64,000 nt of DNA from positions 1 to 64,000 of the forward strand of contig JAZJZK010000015.1 in the NCBI GenBank assembly GCA_040389905.1, written 5' to 3'. How positions within the stretch are numbered: the stretch's first letter is position 1; each line of letters begins with the position of its first letter. Of the stretch, positions 29,673-38,224 are shown piece by piece. This DNA comes from Gemmatimonadota bacterium. GTDB lineage: Bacteria > Gemmatimonadota > Gemmatimonadetes > Gemmatimonadales > Gemmatimonadaceae. Below the pieces are notes generated by a model. The model was not told the DNA's origin. It worked only from the letters and a program-made list of their open reading frames with translations, and did not search any database. Made by a program: the position numbers and the translations under genes.

Positions 29673-30796
29673 GCGGCCTCGGCGATGCGACACGCCACGA
29701 CGCGCCGCTGCACGACGCTTCGATCCGATGCCGTCAGTCGCGCACTGAGCGCGTCGTCGGGAAGAATGCGTTCACACCAGGCGGGCAGCGGGGTCCATCC
29801 GACAAAGTTGCGATACACGAGTCGAGCTCCCGGCGCCGCGGTGCGAAGTACTTCATGGAACAACGCGTCGATCTGCACTGGGGTCATCCACTCGCAGATG
29901 TTCGAGAGGGCGAAGCCGTGCACCGACGCGGACGGGCGCATCGAGAGCGCTTCGGTCATGCCGCCGTCAATGAGGCTGAGACGATGTGCACCGCATGCGA
30001 CGGCTGCGCAGCCCTCTCCACTCAGATACATCGGAACGCCATTCGGCACGTCGACCGGGTAGCGGCCGGTCAGCATCTGATGGAGGAAGTAATTATCACG
30101 CACCGGCAGATCGGTGAGTGCATGCTCCGCGAGACTCCGGAAATGTTTTGCAAAGCTGGGGTTTTCCACGTTCGCGAAGAACTCCGCCGGATACGTGCGC
30201 CGGAACGCAACGCGATTGCAAAGGACGGCGAAGAGCGCGCGCCACCGCCACGTATTCCACTCCGTCGCGAACAACTCGCGCTGCGCATCCACCGTCTCAC
30301 ACGAGAGGAGGCGCGCGATGCGACGCTGTGAGTGCACGCCGAGCCGGAGAGCCGTGACGACTGCGGCAATGAATCGCTCGCTTACGCCAACAGAGAGTAC
30401 GCCCCGCTCGATATCAACCAGTCGCTGGTCCCAGTACGCACGCGCCTGTGATGTGAGCGACGTTCGAAGGTCCGCATAGATTCTCGCGCGCCGCTTCATG
30501 GGCTGTGCGCCGAGAAAGCCGACGGCATCGTGACCACCGCACGACGCCGCGGCAACCTTCAACTCGACCAGATGATGCTGTGTCGCGTTACGATCGACGG
30601 CGACCACGTGCCCGGCGCCCGCGGCAAGCACGGAGAGCGCCGTGCAGCCACCGGAACTGACGATGACTACCGTTTCTCCGTCGGATGGTCGGAGCGCCTC
30701 TACTTCCGCGGCCGCATCCTCACGCACCTGCGCGAAGAAGAGGCGGCCATCCATCGCATCGGGAAGTGATACTCGCGCGACAGGGTGGTGCGTCAT
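29669..30796 (-). CDS. DUF3419/BtaA-like SAM-dependent enzyme (possible 3-amino-3-carboxypropyl transferase)
   Basis: FAQVREDAAAE, SSGGCTAL, VAVDRNATQHHLVELK, NYFL and LSNICEWM match the BtaA/DUF3419 pattern. Confidence 0.8.
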   Translation of the reverse strand: MTHHPVARVSLPDAMDGRLFFAQVREDAAAEVEALRPSDGETVVIVSSGGCTALSVLAAGAGHVVAVDRNATQHHLVELKVAAASCGGHDAVGFLGAQPMKRRARIYADLRTSLTSQARAYWDQRLVDIERGVLSVGVSERFIAAVVTALRLGVHSQRRIARLLSCETVDAQRELFATEWNTWRWRALFAVLCNRVAFRRTYPAEFFANVENPSFAKHFRSLAEHALTDLPVRDNYFLHQMLTGRYPVDVPNGVPMYLSGEGCAAVACGAHRLSLIDGGMTEALSMRPSASVHGFALSNICEWMTPVQIDALFHEVLRTAAPGARLVYRNFVGWTPLPAWCERILPDDALSARLTASDRSVVQRRVVACRIAEAA

Positions 30797-31332
30797 GCCG
30801 CCGCCTCCCAGCCGAGGGCGCACGTGGTGTGCGCATACACCAGCGCGTCGGCCTCCTGGTATTTGTGCATCGTTTCGCGAACGAGGTCACCACGCTGCAA
30901 CGCCTGCTTGTCAAGCCATCGCTTGACCCAGGCGAGGTGCCCCTTCTCCTCTTCGAGCATTTGCGCCAGCGTTGCGCGAACACGCGGATGTGTTCCAGCG
31001 CGCCGGAGATGCTCGGTGAAATGCCGATAAACGCGACGCTCGAAAACCTGCGTCAGCGCGAGGACGTCGAGCAGGCCGGTCGGTGTGCCGACGAGCGTCG
31101 CATAGTGGGTCTGGTACGTTTGGCGAACGGGATGGACGCGTCCCCCAACGGCAACAATGGTTTCGGTCCATAGCAACGAGTGCTGAACCTCCTCCGCACT
31201 GTGGCGCGTCAGGTCGAGCACCAGCGACGTGTCTCGTGCTCGGCGCGCGACCTGGCCGAGGATCAGTCCACCGTGCAGCTCGGACGCGCGATAGAAGTTG
31301 AGGAAGCCGAGCTCGCGAGTTGAGATCTCCAC
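30793..31332 (-). CDS. Ferritin-like diiron protein (179 aa)
   Basis: Ligand pattern E..ExxH..E..ExxH (RASEL, EEVQH, VFERR, EEKGH); GTG start after a GGGAGA RBS. Confidence 0.8.
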   Translation of the reverse strand: MEISTRELGFLNFYRASELHGGLILGQVARRARDTSLVLDLTRHSAEEVQHSLLWTETIVAVGGRVHPVRQTYQTHYATLVGTPTGLLDVLALTQVFERRVYRHFTEHLRRAGTHPRVRATLAQMLEEEKGHLAWVKRWLDKQALQRGDLVRETMHKYQEADALVYAHTTCALGWEAAA

Positions 31333-31351
31333 ATATATCTCCCGCGGCAGA

Positions 31352-32164
31352 CTACAGCCGCAGCTTGAGGTGATCGACGATGCGGACTCCGCAGAGCCGT
31401 TCGATTCGTTTCGCGAAGGAGCGAATAGCGAGGGGATCGCCGGGAAAAGAGACAGGCACTTCATCGACGACCTGTTCGCCGAAGTGGTGGAAGTGCACTG
31501 CCGCGTCGAGGACTGCCGGTATGAGTTCTGGTTCGCGCGTGATATGCGCCGCGAGCAGGTCCGACGCCGCTTGCGCGTGGCGTACTTCGTCGGCCGCGAT
31601 GAACGAGAGCAGTTGTGCCAACGGCAGATCAACGGCCTGCTCTCCCAGGCGGCGGAAGAAATACGACGCGAGGTGTTCCGACAGCATGAACTCGACAAGT
31701 CGTTCGACGAGTGTGCCCTGCGGCCCCACTTGGCGAGCACGCTCACGTATGCCAACGATCTCCTCGTTGGTGATGGCTGGCTTGTAGCCGACCAGGTCGA
31801 GATACGTTCGCAGCGCGTGAAAATGCTTGAACCCTTCGTACATCTCGAAGGCGATGGCGACGCCGGCATCCACATCAGACCACGCGTCATCGAGCATCCA
31901 GCCAAGGTGGACAGGATGGAAGCTCTCGATGAGCGCGGCATCACGCAGTTGGGCGAGAACGGCAGGGCGAGCGTGCGCGTTCTCGGGGTTCACTTCATCC
32001 CAGCGAATGTCGCGCTCGACCGACCAATATCCTCGATCGGCAGCGGCGGCGAGGCGGACATAGGCGTGACGCGGTGTCGTTAACGGGTGCAGTGACTTGG
32101 ATGTCATCCCGACTCGCTGCGCTTGCTCGGGGTGACAACGCTCGATAGCCGCGCGCATGATCAT
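31352..32164 (-). CDS. Ferritin-like diiron protein (acyl-ACP desaturase/AurF-like fold); start 32164 or 32107
   Basis: WSVERDIRW, LIESFH, YEGFKH, MLSEHLA and IAADEVRH motifs. Confidence 0.75.
   Translation of the reverse strand: MIMRAAIERCHPEQAQRVGMTSKSLHPLTTPRHAYVRLAAAADRGYWSVERDIRWDEVNPENAHARPAVLAQLRDAALIESFHPVHLGWMLDDAWSDVDAGVAIAFEMYEGFKHFHALRTYLDLVGYKPAITNEEIVGIRERARQVGPQGTLVERLVEFMLSEHLASYFFRRLGEQAVDLPLAQLLSFIAADEVRHAQAASDLLAAHITREPELIPAVLDAAVHFHHFGEQVVDEVPVSFPGDPLAIRSFAKRIERLCGVRIVDHLKLRL
32102..32137. repeat. REP-like palindrome (family A-related) in the 5' part of the ferritin-like ORF
   Basis: TGTCATCCCGA-CTCGCTGCGCTTGC-TCGGGGTGACA hairpin. Confidence 0.7.
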
Positions 32165-33069
32165 GTTGAGCTCAGGAGTTGAGGTTGCGGGGCGAGCGAC
32201 GGCCAGTTGCGCGCGTCGGGTCCATGGGCAACGAGGAACGCAAGCATCCAGCGATCGATGCCATACGCGACGCAGGCGCTGTGGGCCGGCGCACCGTCGA
32301 TAGCAATCGCAAACGCGCGGCCGAAGAAGTCGTCGTGGAGATTGAAGGACGCAGCAGCGACGCGTTCGTCGCCGAGATCGAGCAGCAATTCCTGCTTCAA
32401 GCCTTTCACTTGCTGGAGCAGTTTCCTTCCCCGCGCAGTCGACGCGAAGAACGGGTCGGTCGCCTGTTCCAACGTCGCGGAGAGGCCGAGCGATTTTGCG
32501 AGCGCGATGCCACGATCAGCCCCGCGTGCGCGAAACGCGTGTGTTGTCGCGGCAGTACCGAGGCACACGCCTTCGCGCATCGTGAATGCCCACGCGCGTG
32601 CGAGGGGGCGGAGCCGCGCGCCCTCGTGGCGCCAGCAGGTACACTGCAGCGTGACCACAAAGGGCGCGTCGAGTTCGCGGTCGGCGAGCCCGGCGTACAC
32701 ATGGTAGCACGCTGCGGGCGGCAACGCTGCCTCGGCGGGCGCGCAGGCGGCACGCGCGGCAGTCACAGGATCGCCGCTGTCCGCGACTGTCTCCAGCATG
32801 TCTTCGCGGAGATGCGCCGCGAGTGTGAGCCATTGCGGGAATGACGCGAAGTAACTCGCGCGCGCCAGTGTCGAGAGCGCGACCACTGGTGGCGGCGCCC
32901 ATTCCTCGCATGGTTCGCTGTCGGTACACCCGGCGGTTTGTGTTATGACTGCTTCGAGCGCGCGAAAGAGGTGCAGCGTGTCGCCGCGAAAGCCGGTCAC
33001 GCCTGCACCACTCTCGAGCAGGTCGCCACGCGCTCGGAGCGCATGCACGACGCGTTCAGCGTTCTGCAT
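32161..33069 (-). CDS. Amino acid:[carrier protein] ligase (SerRS-like class II aaRS paralog lacking the tRNA-binding domain)
   Basis: PPAACYHVY, CWRHEG..LAR..AFTMRE (motif 2), ATDPFF, LKQEL, SFNLHDDFFG, HSACVAYGIDRW (motif 3); ~300 aa; adjacent to a carrier protein gene. Confidence 0.85.
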   Translation of the reverse strand: MQNAERVVHALRARGDLLESGAGVTGFRGDTLHLFRALEAVITQTAGCTDSEPCEEWAPPPVVALSTLARASYFASFPQWLTLAAHLREDMLETVADSGDPVTAARAACAPAEAALPPAACYHVYAGLADRELDAPFVVTLQCTCWRHEGARLRPLARAWAFTMREGVCLGTAATTHAFRARGADRGIALAKSLGLSATLEQATDPFFASTARGRKLLQQVKGLKQELLLDLGDERVAAASFNLHDDFFGRAFAIAIDGAPAHSACVAYGIDRWMLAFLVAHGPDARNWPSLAPQPQLLSST

Positions 33070-33337
33070 CGAGACCTCCGGCAAAGAGCGTCGCGATTCG
33101 CTCTGGCGTTCCGAAGTTGTCGGTGCGGATCAGTGCGTCGGGAATTTCAGCACCGATCGCGCGCTCCGTCCATGCAATCAGCTCGAGAATACGCAACGAG
33201 TTGATGAGTCCACCCACGAAGAGTGGCGTGTCGGCGGAGATGACAATGCCGTCGACCGCAACGCGCGAGTTGAGCCAATCCAGCAGCTCGTCGAGGAAGC
33301 TCGCGCGGATATCGTTGCCCACGACGCTCGCGCTCAT
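33056..33337 (-). CDS. Acyl/aminoacyl carrier protein
   Basis: 93 aa acidic protein, DTPLFVGGLINSLRILELIAW...DNFGTP; the Ser of NSL is the predicted phosphopantetheine site. Confidence 0.8.
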   Translation of the reverse strand: MSASVVGNDIRASFLDELLDWLNSRVAVDGIVISADTPLFVGGLINSLRILELIAWTERAIGAEIPDALIRTDNFGTPERIATLFAGGLDAER

Positions 33338-34479
33338 GCGGCCACCTCGGACAGCCCGGCGACACCACGCCAGGAAGTCGCTTCGAGGTGGTCGATCATA
33401 CGTCCCCAATATTCGCGAACCTGTGGCGCGGGAGCTCCGAGAAGTTCGGTCGCGCGCGCCGTTACGAACTCCTTGGGAAGGCCGAGTTGTGGCAGGAAGA
33501 ACGAGAGTGCCTGCGTCACCTGCCGTAGGCGCGCGTGCCCTGTTTCCTCGATTGCACTCGCGAAGAGCTCCCACGTGGCAAGATCGCCGAGCGACGGTGC
33601 AGCGATGCCGCGCCGGCGCCAGTTGATGTCCTGAGACCACCGCGCGTAGCTCTCGTCGAGCAATTCGCTGAGTGGAATGGCGCCCGCGCCGGCGCACAGG
33701 TGTACTGTTTCGCCGTCGACGGCATCGCGCAGCGCAATGCGCGCAATGCCGTCCGCCACGTAGTCCGCCGTGACGACGTCGAGTGTCGATCCAGCGCCGC
33801 CGGGAATCATCGCGGCGAAGCCATCGTGGAAAAGGCGAAGGGCGCGGTGAATGACGTTGCGCTGCGTTACCACTCCGGACGCGTCGTCGCACGCGACGGT
33901 GCTGGAACGCAGAATCACGACGTCGCGTCGTGCGGCGCGGACAAGTGCCTCGGCTTCGGTCTTCGACTGCTCATACGCATTGACCCAGCCGATATCCGCC
34001 GTCGAGGCTCCCTCGGCGGCCTCCACAATGCGTCCCGTTCGGCGACCCGCGACGAAGGCCGTGCTCACGTGCGCGAGCCGCGTGACATGCGGGCAGTCCG
34101 CAATCACGTCGAGGAGGTGCCGCGTCCCATCGCGATTCACGCTGCGAGCGAGGTCGAGTGGCCGCGAGAACGTCGTGTCTGCCGCGAGATGCACCACCGC
34201 GCTCGTGCTTTGTGCGACCCATGCACGCGATGCCTTCGTGAGTCCGAGGCCGGGCTGCGTCACGTCGCCGTCGAGGATGGTGACGTCGCTCGGAATGCGC
34301 AGGCGGCTCGACAGCTCAAGCCACCGCGCGCGACTGCGTACCAGGACCGCAATGGCCGGCGGCGATTCACACGCTGCCCACTGTTGAAGCACCAGTCGAC
34401 CGAGCGCGCCCGAGGCGCCAGTGACGAGCACGCCGCCGCTCGCGTGCGCGAGATGGTTGTCACGATTCGCGTGCATCAT
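33334..34479 (-). CDS. Stand-alone thioester/fatty-acyl reductase (extended SDR, NAD_binding_4)
   Basis: VTGASGALG, GDVTQPGLGL, VHLAA, HVSTAFV and YEQSK motifs. Confidence 0.85.
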   Translation of the reverse strand: MMHANRDNHLAHASGGVLVTGASGALGRLVLQQWAACESPPAIAVLVRSRARWLELSSRLRIPSDVTILDGDVTQPGLGLTKASRAWVAQSTSAVVHLAADTTFSRPLDLARSVNRDGTRHLLDVIADCPHVTRLAHVSTAFVAGRRTGRIVEAAEGASTADIGWVNAYEQSKTEAEALVRAARRDVVILRSSTVACDDASGVVTQRNVIHRALRLFHDGFAAMIPGGAGSTLDVVTADYVADGIARIALRDAVDGETVHLCAGAGAIPLSELLDESYARWSQDINWRRRGIAAPSLGDLATWELFASAIEETGHARLRQVTQALSFFLPQLGLPKEFVTARATELLGAPAPQVREYWGRMIDHLEATSWRGVAGLSEVAA

Positions 34480-35474
34480 ACCTCCAGGGCCAGCCCACTC
34501 CAGTGGGCGCCGTATCCGTACGAGAAGAGGAGCGCGCGATCACCGGGGCGCAGTGCGCCAGTCGCGAGTGCATCGCGGAGATTGATGAAGTTGTCGCCGG
34601 CCAGCGTGTGGCCATGGCGGGCCACGTTCTCCGACCAGAGTCGTGCGCGCGGAAGCCCAGCGAGACGAAGCAGGATGTCCCAGCTGCGCTCACTGACGTT
34701 GTGCGGGAGTACCCAGTCGACGTCGCTCGCACACCAGTTCGCGCTTTCGAGCGTGCGCCGAATCGCGTGGACGGCCGTTGGGAAATACGACGCCACGACT
34801 TCTTCGCGCATCGCAGCCGCGTCCCAGTAGTAGCCCTTGGTGATCGTCGCCGCGCCGGCGATGCGATTGCGTGCCCCGCCGCGCTCGAGCAGCACGGCGC
34901 ACGCGGCGTCCGAAGTGCAGTTGTAGATCGCCTCTCGACCCGCGAGGAGGGGATAGAATTCGCTCGCAACGCACAGGGCGCGGTCGATTCCTTCGGCAAC
35001 CATCATGGCTCTCGCGACGCGGATCGCGCCGAACAGTGTTGCGCACGCCATTTGGTCGAGTGCGAGCACGGCAGCGTTTTCGAGCCCGAGTTCGTACTGG
35101 AGCCTCGTTGCCGGAAAGCGGAAGCGATTCGCGGTGCACAGGCCGGCCGCGCCTTCCGCCGCGTTGTTGTGCGACGCGAAGGCCATCGAGCTGGGCGTGC
35201 CGCCATAGATGAGGAGTCCGATGCTCGTTGGATCGAGCTGTTCCTCCCAGATGAGGTTGCAGGCCGCACTCCGCGCGAGATCGTATGGCGTCTCGTCGGT
35301 CGCGACATGCACGGAGCCAAAGCCGAAGCGCTCGAGCATCGCGTGGTCGCTTTCGAGGGCGTTGTCGTCGCCGAGCTCGCTGACGGTCCGGCTTGTCGCG
35401 GGAAAGACGTGCGAAGTGGCGCGGACCGAGACGGACTCGTGGGGCTGGGGCACGTTGGCTCCGGGGGTAGTCAC
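34476..35474 (-). CDS. KAS III/FabH-like condensing or acyl-transfer enzyme
   Basis: QMACAT (Cys), SDAACA, LPHNVS (His), HGHTLAGD (His in place of the FabH Asn), GYGAHW. Confidence 0.8.
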   Translation of the reverse strand: MTTPGANVPQPHESVSVRATSHVFPATSRTVSELGDDNALESDHAMLERFGFGSVHVATDETPYDLARSAACNLIWEEQLDPTSIGLLIYGGTPSSMAFASHNNAAEGAAGLCTANRFRFPATRLQYELGLENAAVLALDQMACATLFGAIRVARAMMVAEGIDRALCVASEFYPLLAGREAIYNCTSDAACAVLLERGGARNRIAGAATITKGYYWDAAAMREEVVASYFPTAVHAIRRTLESANWCASDVDWVLPHNVSERSWDILLRLAGLPRARLWSENVARHGHTLAGDNFINLRDALATGALRPGDRALLFSYGYGAHWSGLALEV

Positions 35475-35520
35475 GGAGCGAAAGGTCGTGTCGGGGTGGT
35501 AAACGGATGATCCGTCAGGT

Positions 35521-35550
35521 TACGTAGAAGGCCGCGCAACCCTACGTAGA
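35521..35550. promoter_or_regulatory. Direct repeat TACGTAGA x2 upstream of the biosynthetic operon, candidate activator site
   Basis: Copies at 35521-35528 and 35543-35550 (22 bp period), ~50-75 bp upstream of the KAS III start. Confidence 0.45.
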
Positions 35551-35578
35551 CGGACTCCCGGCGTCCGTGCGCCGGACA

Positions 35579-35806
35579 TCAGCTGTGACAGGTGCTCAGG
35601 AGCCAGCCGCAGCCTACAGATTCTCAGGGGGTGTGGCGCGCGGGTGGCGCTTCACCAAACTCGCAGGGCCTAGGTGCGGGCCCTTCGCGGAGTTTATCCT
35701 CGAGGAGCGCGAGCGACGAAGGGCTCAGGCGACAAAGCGGGCGGAACGCCACACCCCCTGACGATCTGATGGCTGCGGCTGATCACTGAGCACCTGTCGC
35801 ATCTGA
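35579..35806. repeat. MITE/REPIN-like element with ~60 bp imperfect inverted arms and a nested family A REP
   Basis: Arm 35579-35638 is the near reverse complement of 35747-35806; REP at 35672-35734. Confidence 0.75.
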
Positions 35807-35839
35807 GGCTGGTGGGGCCGGGGACCGTGCCCGCGAAAG

Positions 35840-36655
35840 TCAGTTGTGACTTCGCATCAGCAGCCAGACCCCGCTCACCAGCCCAATAACCACAACGGTC
35901 GCGCGCACGTACTGCTGCGGCACTCGCTGCGCGCCTTTTGACCCCAGGTACCCGCCCGCCATCGCCGCCACTGCCATTGTGAGCGCCACCGGCCAGTCCA
36001 CGATCCCGCTGAGGGCAAAGCTGACGGACGCGACCATGTTCATGCAGAACCCGCCCCAGTTCTTGAGGCCGTTCATGCGATGGAGGTTCGTGAAGCCCAT
36101 GAAACCGAGCGCCGCGAGCATGAGGATTCCCACGCCGGCGCCGAAGTATCCCCCGTACACGCCGATCAGGAATTGCCAGGCGAGGAGCATCGGCGTAGGG
36201 CCGGCCGCCGTGAGGGCGGTGTCGTCGAGCGTCGTCGCATGATGTCGCCGGATCCAGCCGAGCAACGGGCGCTGAACGACGAACAGCATGGTGGCGCCGA
36301 GGACCAGCCAAGGCACCACGAAGTTGAACGTCGCCCCCGGCGTGTGGAGGAGGAGCCACGCGCCGAAGCCACCCCCAAACAGGGAGGGGAACGGTAGCGC
36401 AATCGCCCATTTTCGTGCGCCGGTGAGCTCACCGCTGTAGCCGAACATGCTCGTCAGGGCGCCGGGAACGAGTGCCACGGTGCTCGTCGCATTGGCGGCG
36501 AGCGGCGGCAGTCCGGCCGCGACGAGTGCAGGAAAGGTGAGGAGTGTGCCGCCACCAGCGATGGCGTTCATGACACCGCCGAAAAACGCCGCTGCGCCGA
36601 TGAGCGCCCAGCGGCCATTCGTGAACGCTTGTGCGGGATCTTGGAAATGGATCAG
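35840..36655 (-). CDS. TauE/SafE family sulfite exporter (start uncertain)
   Basis: NAIAGGGTLLTFPAL, ANATS and YGGYFGAGVG motifs. Confidence 0.85.
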   Translation of the reverse strand: MIHFQDPAQAFTNGRWALIGAAAFFGGVMNAIAGGGTLLTFPALVAAGLPPLAANATSTVALVPGALTSMFGYSGELTGARKWAIALPFPSLFGGGFGAWLLLHTPGATFNFVVPWLVLGATMLFVVQRPLLGWIRRHHATTLDDTALTAAGPTPMLLAWQFLIGVYGGYFGAGVGILMLAALGFMGFTNLHRMNGLKNWGGFCMNMVASVSFALSGIVDWPVALTMAVAAMAGGYLGSKGAQRVPQQYVRATVVVIGLVSGVWLLMRSHN

Positions 36656-36829
36656 AAGAGGCTCAGTTCGGGGCTTCGAAGTACGTGCTCGCCGAGCGCG
36701 GGAAGGATAACGCATCGGTGACAGAGAGGCACGCAGCGCAATGCCGTTTGATGCTTCATTCGCATACATTTCGTCACGCGGCGGAGCGCGCGCTCAGCCC
36801 GGATCGACGCATTTCCACGGAGATGGGAC

Positions 36830-38203
36830 ATGAGCACTACGGAGTCGAAGACGGCCGGCGCTGAAGGTGGAGCGCTCGAGATAAAAGATACGCGTACAGG
36901 CACGAGCTACTCGGTGCCCATCATGGCCCCTGGTACGGAGGGCGATACCGCCATTCGCGCAATGGACCTGCGCCAGATCAAGCAGGACGCGGGCGAGTTC
37001 GGGATGATGACGTACGATCCCGCGTTCATGAACACGGCATCGTGCAAGAGCGCGATCACGTTCATCGATGGCGACAAGGGTATCCTGCGCTACCGCGGCT
37101 ATCCGATCGAGCAGCTTGCCGAGAAGGCCAGTTTCCTCGAAGTGGCGTGGCTGCTGCGCAACGGCGAGTTGCCGGACCAGAAGCAGTACGACGACTGGTC
37201 GCACCAGATCACGTACCACACGTACGTGCACGAGAACATCAAGACCTTCCTCACCGGGTTCCGCTATGACGCGCACCCGATGTCGATGCTGTGTTCGTCG
37301 GTTGCCGCGTTGTCCTCGTTTTATCCGACCGCGAAGAACATTCATGATCCGGCAGAGCGCCACATCAGCATCGTGCGCTTGCTCGCCAAGCTGCCGACGC
37401 TCGCGGCGTTCTGCTTCCGTCACGTCAAGGGATTGCCCTTCATCTACCCTGACAACGACCTCGGCTACGTCGAGAATTTCCTCTCGATGGTCGCACGCAT
37501 GTCGGAGTCGAAGTACGAGGGCAACCCCGCATTTGTAAAAGCGCTCGAGGTGCTGTTCATCCTCCACGCCGATCACGAACAGAATTGCTCGACGAGCGCG
37601 GTGCGCGCTGTTGGCAGCTCGCAGGTCGACCCGTTCTCCGCAATTGCCGCGGGTATCGCCGCGCTGTATGGCCCGCTCCACGGCGGCGCCAACGAGCAGG
37701 TGCTGCACATGATCAAGGAGATCGGCGACGTGAAGAACGTGGCCGGCTTCATCGAAGGCGTGAAGGGCGGAAAGGGCAACAAGCTGATGGGCTTCGGCCA
37801 CCGCGTGTACAAGAGCTACGACCCGCGCGCGCGCATCGTGAAGAAGCTCGCGGACGACGTGTTCAAGGTCGTCGGCGTGGACAGGGATCTGGAGATCGCG
37901 CTCGAGCTCGAGCGCATCGCGCTGTCGGACGACTACTTCATCTCACGCAAGCTCTACCCGAACGTCGACTTCTACACGGGGCTCATCTATCGCTCGATGG
38001 CGTTCCCGACGGACTTCTTCACGGTGTTGTTCGCCGTCGCGCGCACGGCGGGCTGGCTCGCGCAGTGGGAGGAGATGCTGAACGACAAGGAGCAGAAGAT
38101 CGCGCGTCCGCGGCAGATCTACACGGGTTACGGCGAGCGGGCATACGATGGCTCGCTCGACTACTCGGCGACGGCGGCACAGAAGGACGCGGTCCGGAAG
38201 TAG
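36830..38203 (+). CDS. gltA: Citrate synthase
   Basis: YDPAFMNTASC, LHADHEQNCST, GPLHGGANE, GFGHRVYK and PNVDFY motifs. Confidence 0.97.
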   Translation: MSTTESKTAGAEGGALEIKDTRTGTSYSVPIMAPGTEGDTAIRAMDLRQIKQDAGEFGMMTYDPAFMNTASCKSAITFIDGDKGILRYRGYPIEQLAEKASFLEVAWLLRNGELPDQKQYDDWSHQITYHTYVHENIKTFLTGFRYDAHPMSMLCSSVAALSSFYPTAKNIHDPAERHISIVRLLAKLPTLAAFCFRHVKGLPFIYPDNDLGYVENFLSMVARMSESKYEGNPAFVKALEVLFILHADHEQNCSTSAVRAVGSSQVDPFSAIAAGIAALYGPLHGGANEQVLHMIKEIGDVKNVAGFIEGVKGGKGNKLMGFGHRVYKSYDPRARIVKKLADDVFKVVGVDRDLEIALELERIALSDDYFISRKLYPNVDFYTGLIYRSMAFPTDFFTVLFAVARTAGWLAQWEEMLNDKEQKIARPRQIYTGYGERAYDGSLDYSATAAQKDAVRK

Positions 38204-38224
38204 GTCAGTCGGCCACTCGGTCGT

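Noticed and set aside
31333..31944. N-terminal 204 codons of ORF 30793..31944
   Set aside because: They overlap the other ferritin-like gene in a different frame; GTG 31332 has a good RBS.
32161..33069. Housekeeping seryl-tRNA synthetase (serS)
   Set aside because: Too short, lacks the tRNA-binding domain and is coupled to a carrier protein gene.
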